Below, piece by piece: positions 59,030 to 64,000 of a stretch of DNA of 64,000 bases; positions within the stretch are counted from its first letter, which is position 1; each line of letters begins with the position of its first letter. Below the pieces are notes generated by a model. The model did no database searches and was not told where the DNA came from. It saw only the letters and a list, made by a program, of their open reading frames with translations. This DNA is from Alphaproteobacteria bacterium (GTDB lineage Bacteria > Pseudomonadota > Alphaproteobacteria > UBA2966): contig OZ219856.1 in NCBI GenBank assembly GCA_964291395.2, positions 864,001 to 928,000 on the forward strand. The letters run 5' to 3'. The position numbers and the translations under genes were made by a program.

Positions 59030-60562
59030 ATGACCGTGAAAAGACCTAATATCCTCGTCATTCAGGCGGACCAGATGGCGCCGCAGGCGCTTCCTGTCTA
59101 CGGTCATCCCCTGGTCAAGGCTCCCAACATCCAGGCCTTGGCGGACCGCGGGGTGGTCTTCGAGAACGCCTACTGCAATTTTCCCCTTTGCGTTCCGTCC
59201 CGCTATTCAATGTTGACGGGAAGGCATACCAGCGCCATCGCGGCGTGGGACAACGCGATCGAGTTGCCGTCGGAAATGCCGACGATGGCGCACTATCTGG
59301 ACGAACTCGGTTACCGCACCATTCTCTGCGGCAAGATGCATTTCATCGGTCCGGACCAGCTCCATGGCTTCGGGGAACGGTTGACCACGGACATCTATCC
59401 GTCGAATTTCGTGTGGACTCCCGACTGGCCCAACGAGCCCGAGTACCGACCGACGGGCATCAGCCTCTTGCCCGTCGTACAGTCCGGACAATGCGTCCGC
59501 AGCCTGCAGATCGACTACGACGACGAGGTCGAGTACTTCGGCCTTCAGAAGATCTACGACCTTGCGCGTTATTCCCGGGACGATCCGTTCTTCCTGGTGA
59601 TTTCCTTCACACACCCGCACTCGCCGTTCATCACCACGGCCCGGTATTGGGACCTGTACGACGACGACATCGACATGCCCGCGGTGCCGGCCATTCCCGT
59701 CGAGGAGCTGGACGAGCACAGCCGCTGGCTCTATTACGGGCACGGCACCCATCTGCATACCGTCACCGACGAGCATGTGCGCACTGCCCGCCACGCCTAC
59801 TACGGCATGATCACCTACATCGACGACAAGGTCGGTCGGATCATGGACGCCATGCGGGCGACCGGTCTTGACGACGACACGATCGTCATCTTCGTCAGCG
59901 ACCACGGCGAAATGCTTGGTGAGCGAGGCATGTGGTACAAGCAGACGTTCTTCGAGTGGTCAGTCCGCGTGCCTCTGATTGTCAGCCAGCCTGGCACTTA
60001 CGCGCCCCGGCGGGTCAGCGAGTTGGTGTCACTCGTGGATCTGCTTCCCACGATGCTCGACGCAGCGACGGACGGGACCCCGCCCGAGACCGTAGACCCG
60101 ATGGATGGTCACAGCCTGACCGGGCTGCTGAGCGGCGGCAGCGACTGGGCCAACGAAGTCATCTCCGAATACACGGGCGAAGGGGTTAAGGCGCCGTGCC
60201 GGATGCTCCGCCGGGGTCGGCACAAGTTCATGTACACACACGGGTTTCCCGACATGCTCTATGATCTGGAGGCGGATCCTCTGGAATTGGAGAACCTGAT
60301 CGACCGTCCCGATATGGCGAACGTCGCGGGCGAGCTTCGGCAGACCATTCTCGATGGTTGGGATCCAGACGAAATCAACGAACGCTGTCTCGAGTCCCAG
60401 AGACGCCGGCGCTTCGTTCAGCGCGCGACGGGAGGCGAACCCTTTTGGGCCTATGTGGCGCGCGAGGGCGACGACCGCCGGTTCATTCGCAATGCCGGCG
60501 GTATTCCGACCAAGGCCAAGGCGCGCTTCCCGTACGTCGAGCCGGCGCCGTCCGAGCGCTGA
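59030..60562 (+). CDS. betC: Choline-sulfatase-like sulfatase, copy 2
   Basis: RPNILVIQADQM, CVPSR, GKMHFIGPDQLHGF, DHGEMLGERGMWYK. Confidence 0.85.
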   Translation: MTVKRPNILVIQADQMAPQALPVYGHPLVKAPNIQALADRGVVFENAYCNFPLCVPSRYSMLTGRHTSAIAAWDNAIELPSEMPTMAHYLDELGYRTILCGKMHFIGPDQLHGFGERLTTDIYPSNFVWTPDWPNEPEYRPTGISLLPVVQSGQCVRSLQIDYDDEVEYFGLQKIYDLARYSRDDPFFLVISFTHPHSPFITTARYWDLYDDDIDMPAVPAIPVEELDEHSRWLYYGHGTHLHTVTDEHVRTARHAYYGMITYIDDKVGRIMDAMRATGLDDDTIVIFVSDHGEMLGERGMWYKQTFFEWSVRVPLIVSQPGTYAPRRVSELVSLVDLLPTMLDAATDGTPPETVDPMDGHSLTGLLSGGSDWANEVISEYTGEGVKAPCRMLRRGRHKFMYTHGFPDMLYDLEADPLELENLIDRPDMANVAGELRQTILDGWDPDEINERCLESQRRRRFVQRATGGEPFWAYVAREGDDRRFIRNAGGIPTKAKARFPYVEPAPSER

Positions 60563-60600
60563 TCCGCCGCGAACTTGGGCCTGACGATCGGATCCTCGTC

Positions 60601-61125
60601 ATGCGCGTAGCCGATTTCAGCGACCTGGCCACTAGCGGAGTCACGATCGCGTTCGCATGTCTGGCTTTGTTCGTGCTGATCCCCGTTGGTGTCGAGGATC
60701 CCGGTTCGATCGACGTCCTTGCCCTGGGCCCGGCGTTTTGGCCGTCCGTCATCTCCGTCTTCATGTTTCTCATGGGTGTCATCCTCGGGGCTCAGGGCAT
60801 CCGCCGGTTGCGGGCCGAGCGAGTGACGGCGGAAGCTGACAGAGAGGATCGGAGATCCCTTGCCACCGCCCTTTCCGAGTATGCGTTCGGACGCTGGTTC
60901 GGCGCGTTGGTCTTGTTGGCGGCCTTCTACATGATGCTCGAGCCGCTCGGAATGATCGTCGCGTCCATGCTGGTGATGGTCGCTCTCATGCTTCTTGGCG
61001 GAGAGCGCCGGCCGGCGATTCTGGCCGTCCTCGCCGTGGGTTTGCCGTTCGCGCTTTTCGTGTTTTTCCGCTATGTCGCGAACGTGGTCATCCCTCTCGG
61101 CGTCCTGGAGCCCTGGCTCGCCTGA
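60601..61125 (+). CDS. tctB: Tripartite tricarboxylate transporter small membrane subunit
   Basis: Four to five TM segments, GPAFWP and FRYVANVVIPLG. Lies immediately upstream of tctA. Confidence 0.85.
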   Translation: MRVADFSDLATSGVTIAFACLALFVLIPVGVEDPGSIDVLALGPAFWPSVISVFMFLMGVILGAQGIRRLRAERVTAEADREDRRSLATALSEYAFGRWFGALVLLAAFYMMLEPLGMIVASMLVMVALMLLGGERRPAILAVLAVGLPFALFVFFRYVANVVIPLGVLEPWLA

Positions 61126-61128
61126 TCC

Positions 61129-62616
61129 ATGGTCTGGGAAACCCTTCAGGCCGCTCTTGAAATCGTCCTGACGGTAGAGGCCATCTTCGCCCTCTTTGGC
61201 GGCGTCGTCATCGGTACCCTGATCGGCGCGATTCCCGGCATGACGGTGACGATGGGCGTGGCGCTCACGCTGCCGTTCACGTTCGCGATGCATCCGGCCG
61301 TGGGGATCCTTCTGCTGCTCGGCGTCTACAAGGGGGGCGTTTACGGCGGATCGATCACCGCGATCCTGATCAAGACCCCGGGCACGCCGGCGGCCTCGTG
61401 CACGGTGCTCGACGGCTACCCGATGTCGCAGAACGGCGAGGCGCGCAAGGCTCTGGACATGGCCCTTTACGCTTCGTGTTTTGCGGACTTCATCTCGAAC
61501 GTCTCGCTGATTCTCTTCGCGGGTGTGCTCGCGAGCTTCGCCCTGCGCTTCGGACCTCCCGAATATTTCACGCTGATCGTGTTCTCCCTGACCATCATCG
61601 CGGGGATTGCCGGAGACAACATGGCCAAGGGCATGGTTTCGGCCGGCCTAGGCCTGTTGCTGGCGACCATGGGTCTCGATCTCGTCTACGGAACCAACCG
61701 GTTCGTCTTCGGCGAGGTCGAGCTGATGGCGGGCCTCAACTTCATTCCCGTGCTGATCGGGTTGTTCGCACTGCCGGAAATCATCAATTACTACGCCAAA
61801 CGGTTCGAGGCGCGCGGTGACATCCAGGCGTTGGCCGGCGGTCACGCGACCTTCGCGGAATTCCGCCGCTGCTTCAAAAGTATCTTTCGCGGAAGCGTGA
61901 TCGGGGTCGTGCTCGGCGCCATACCCGGCATCGGCGGCGCGCCGTCCGCCTTCTTGTCCTACAGCGAGGCCCAGCGCACCTCGAAGAACCCGGAGAACTT
62001 CGGCAACGGTGAGATCGAAGGCGTGGCGGCGTCGGAGGCTGGGAACAACGGCACCTGCGGGGCGACACTCATTCCTTTGCTGGCACTCGGCGTGCCGGGC
62101 GACATCGTCACGGCGGTGATCCTCGGCGCCTTCATGATCCACGGGCTTCAGCCGGGGCCGCTGCTCTTCGAGGACAACCTCGATCTGATCTACAGCCTGT
62201 TCATCGGCATCATGATCAGCTCGGCATTCCTGTTCATCGTCGGCAAGAGCGCGATCCGGTTGTTCAGCCGCGTGGCGCTCCTGCCCAACCAGATCCTGTT
62301 CCCGATCGTGCTGGTGCTCTGCGTGTACGGTGGATATGCGGTCAACAACAACCTGTTCGATATCCTGGTGATGATGCTGATCGGGTTGCTCGGGTTTGCC
62401 ATGCTGCGCGGTAATATCCCGGCGGCGCCGTTCCTCATCGCCTACGTCCTCGGCCCCTTGCTCGAAGACAATTTCCGGCAGTCGTTGCTGCTGTCCCACG
62501 GCGGTCTCGAGATCTTCGTACGCAATGAGATTTGCTGGATTTTCTGGGCGCTGACGGTGCTTGCCGTGTTCCTGATCGTGCGGCGGCAGCGCAAGTGGCC
62601 CAGGGACATGGAGTGA
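61129..62616 (+). CDS. tctA: Tripartite tricarboxylate transporter large membrane subunit
   Basis: GAIPG, YGGSITAIL..PGTP....T.LDGYPM, FGPPEYF, EAGNN, P.LALGVPG, HGLQPGP. Confidence 0.93.
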   Translation: MVWETLQAALEIVLTVEAIFALFGGVVIGTLIGAIPGMTVTMGVALTLPFTFAMHPAVGILLLLGVYKGGVYGGSITAILIKTPGTPAASCTVLDGYPMSQNGEARKALDMALYASCFADFISNVSLILFAGVLASFALRFGPPEYFTLIVFSLTIIAGIAGDNMAKGMVSAGLGLLLATMGLDLVYGTNRFVFGEVELMAGLNFIPVLIGLFALPEIINYYAKRFEARGDIQALAGGHATFAEFRRCFKSIFRGSVIGVVLGAIPGIGGAPSAFLSYSEAQRTSKNPENFGNGEIEGVAASEAGNNGTCGATLIPLLALGVPGDIVTAVILGAFMIHGLQPGPLLFEDNLDLIYSLFIGIMISSAFLFIVGKSAIRLFSRVALLPNQILFPIVLVLCVYGGYAVNNNLFDILVMMLIGLLGFAMLRGNIPAAPFLIAYVLGPLLEDNFRQSLLLSHGGLEIFVRNEICWIFWALTVLAVFLIVRRQRKWPRDME

Positions 62617-62726
62617 CCTTCCCGAGAGACCGCTCGGGTGCGGCGGCGGCGTGATCCGGTCGTCGCAGGTCTCCCCTGACCGCGCGTGGCCTCCAGGCCC
62701 CGCCGCCATCGAAGAAGGGCTTTGAC

Positions 62727-64000
62727 GTGAGCGCCGTCGCTACCGACGTCCGGGCGCGCGCCTTATCCGAGGCGGAAGAGCGCGTCACGCTCCGCCAGTG
62801 GATCGCTGTGTCGGGCGCCATCATCGGCTCCTTCTGCGCGGTCCTGAATCATCAGATCACGAACACCTCGTTGCGTGAGATTCAGGCGGCTCTTTCCGCG
62901 AGCCTGACCGAAGCGTCGTGGATCACGACCGCCTATCTGGCCGCCGCCATCGTCATCATGCCGCTGACGGCCTGGTTAACGCGGGTGTTCTCCATCCGCA
63001 CCTACGCGACGGTCAACACCGCCGGGTTCATGCTCTCGCTCGTCGCCTGCGCCCTGGCCTGGGACCTGAACGCGATGATCGCCCTTCGGTTCATCGCCGG
63101 TCTGTTCGGCGGCGGCCTCATGCCCATGGCCTTTACCGTCATCCTCGCGACGCTGCCCCCGTCGAAGCGGCCCGTCGCCTTCATGTGGTGGGCCCTGCTG
63201 ACGGTCCAGGCGCCGACCGTGGGACCTGCCCTCGGCGGCTGGCTGACGGACACGTTTTCGTGGGAACTGATCTTCTACGTCCAGATCATCCCGGCGGGAA
63301 TTACCCTCGTTTGCTTGCTCTCCGGCCTCGACCGGTCGCCCCGGTCGCTCGGACTCCTGCGCCAGATCCAGTGGTTCAGCATCGCTTTCATGGCGGTCGG
63401 ACTGTTTCTGTTCATCACCGTGCTCGAGGAAGGCAACCGCAACGACTGGTTCACCTCCGATCACATCCTGCGGCTGTCGGCCATCTCCGGCCTGTGCCTC
63501 TTCGCCTTCATTACGGTCCAGCTGTTCAGGAAGGAGCCGTACATAAACCTGCGCCTGTGCGGGAGGCGCAACTTCGGGATCTGCTGTTTCATCTTCTTCG
63601 CCTTCGGGGTCGGCGTGTACGGGACGATGTTCATCATCGCCCTCTACCTGATCCAGATTCCCCAGTACACGGCGACCCAGGTCAGCACGGTGATCATGTG
63701 GATCGGCATTCCGCAGATCGTCGCCGCGCCCCTGGTGCTATGGCTCCTGCCGCGCGTCGATGCGCGCCTGCTGCTGGGTTTCGGGTGCGTTCTCTTCAGC
63801 GTCAGCTGCTTCCTGAACGTCGATATGAGCTTCGACACCGGCTACTGGGAGCTCATGTTCATCAACGTCATCCGGGCCGTCGGGCAGCCCTTCATCATGG
63901 TCGTGTTGCCGATCTTCGCGACGTCCCTGCTGGAGCCCGACAACCACGGTTCGGCCGCGGCGATCCTCAACATGACCCGGGATATCGGCGGCGCCGTCGG
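62727..64000 (+). CDS. DHA2 (EmrB/QacA) family MFS efflux transporter; runs off the window edge
   Basis: Not in the ORF track because it has no stop in the window. Manual translation from GTG 62727 gives ...GSFCAVLNHQITNTSLREIQAALSASLTEASWITTAYL...APTVGPALGGWLTD...LEEGNRNDWFTS. Confidence 0.88.
   Translation, partial: MSAVATDVRARALSEAEERVTLRQWIAVSGAIIGSFCAVLNHQITNTSLREIQAALSASLTEASWITTAYLAAAIVIMPLTAWLTRVFSIRTYATVNTAGFMLSLVACALAWDLNAMIALRFIAGLFGGGLMPMAFTVILATLPPSKRPVAFMWWALLTVQAPTVGPALGGWLTDTFSWELIFYVQIIPAGITLVCLLSGLDRSPRSLGLLRQIQWFSIAFMAVGLFLFITVLEEGNRNDWFTSDHILRLSAISGLCLFAFITVQLFRKEPYINLRLCGRRNFGICCFIFFAFGVGVYGTMFIIALYLIQIPQYTATQVSTVIMWIGIPQIVAAPLVLWLLPRVDARLLLGFGCVLFSVSCFLNVDMSFDTGYWELMFINVIRAVGQPFIMVVLPIFATSLLEPDNHGSAAAILNMTRDIGGAV

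Overview
GC-rich (roughly 65%, estimated by eye), gene-dense bacterial window that is probably alphaproteobacterial. It is almost entirely catabolic enzymes and transporters, and I saw no rRNA, tRNA, CRISPR, transposase or transcription-regulator gene. The theme is hydrolysis of cyclic amides/ureides and related N- or S-containing compounds: 2 dihydropyrimidinases, 2 complete hydantoinase/oxoprolinase A+B pairs plus an orphan B, 2 isochorismatase-fold amidases (one very close to N-carbamoylsarcosine amidase), a PgdA/PuuE-like hydrolase with a COG0523 GTPase, 2 tandem aconitase X pairs, 2 TauD-like dioxygenases, 2 choline-sulfatase-like genes, and ABC, TTT and MFS transporters. The most unusual part lies at about 14.2-47.2 kb. 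A degenerate Rad52/Rad22-like domain occurs three times there: as a stand-alone protein, fused to the N-terminus of one hydantoinase B, and fused to the C-terminus of the other. The stand-alone protein and the first hydantoinase B also share an N-terminal amphipathic helix. These genes cluster with a giant 938-aa flotillin/SPFH protein built from exact 29-aa repeats and with three uncharacterised membrane proteins, two of them paralogues. This suggests a previously undescribed membrane-tethered scaffold or compartment for ATP-dependent lactamases (hypothesis). Three lesions (copA frameshift, internally deleted LLM gene, degenerate tandem duplication) may be gene decay or assembly errors. All family calls come from motif recognition, not from database searches.
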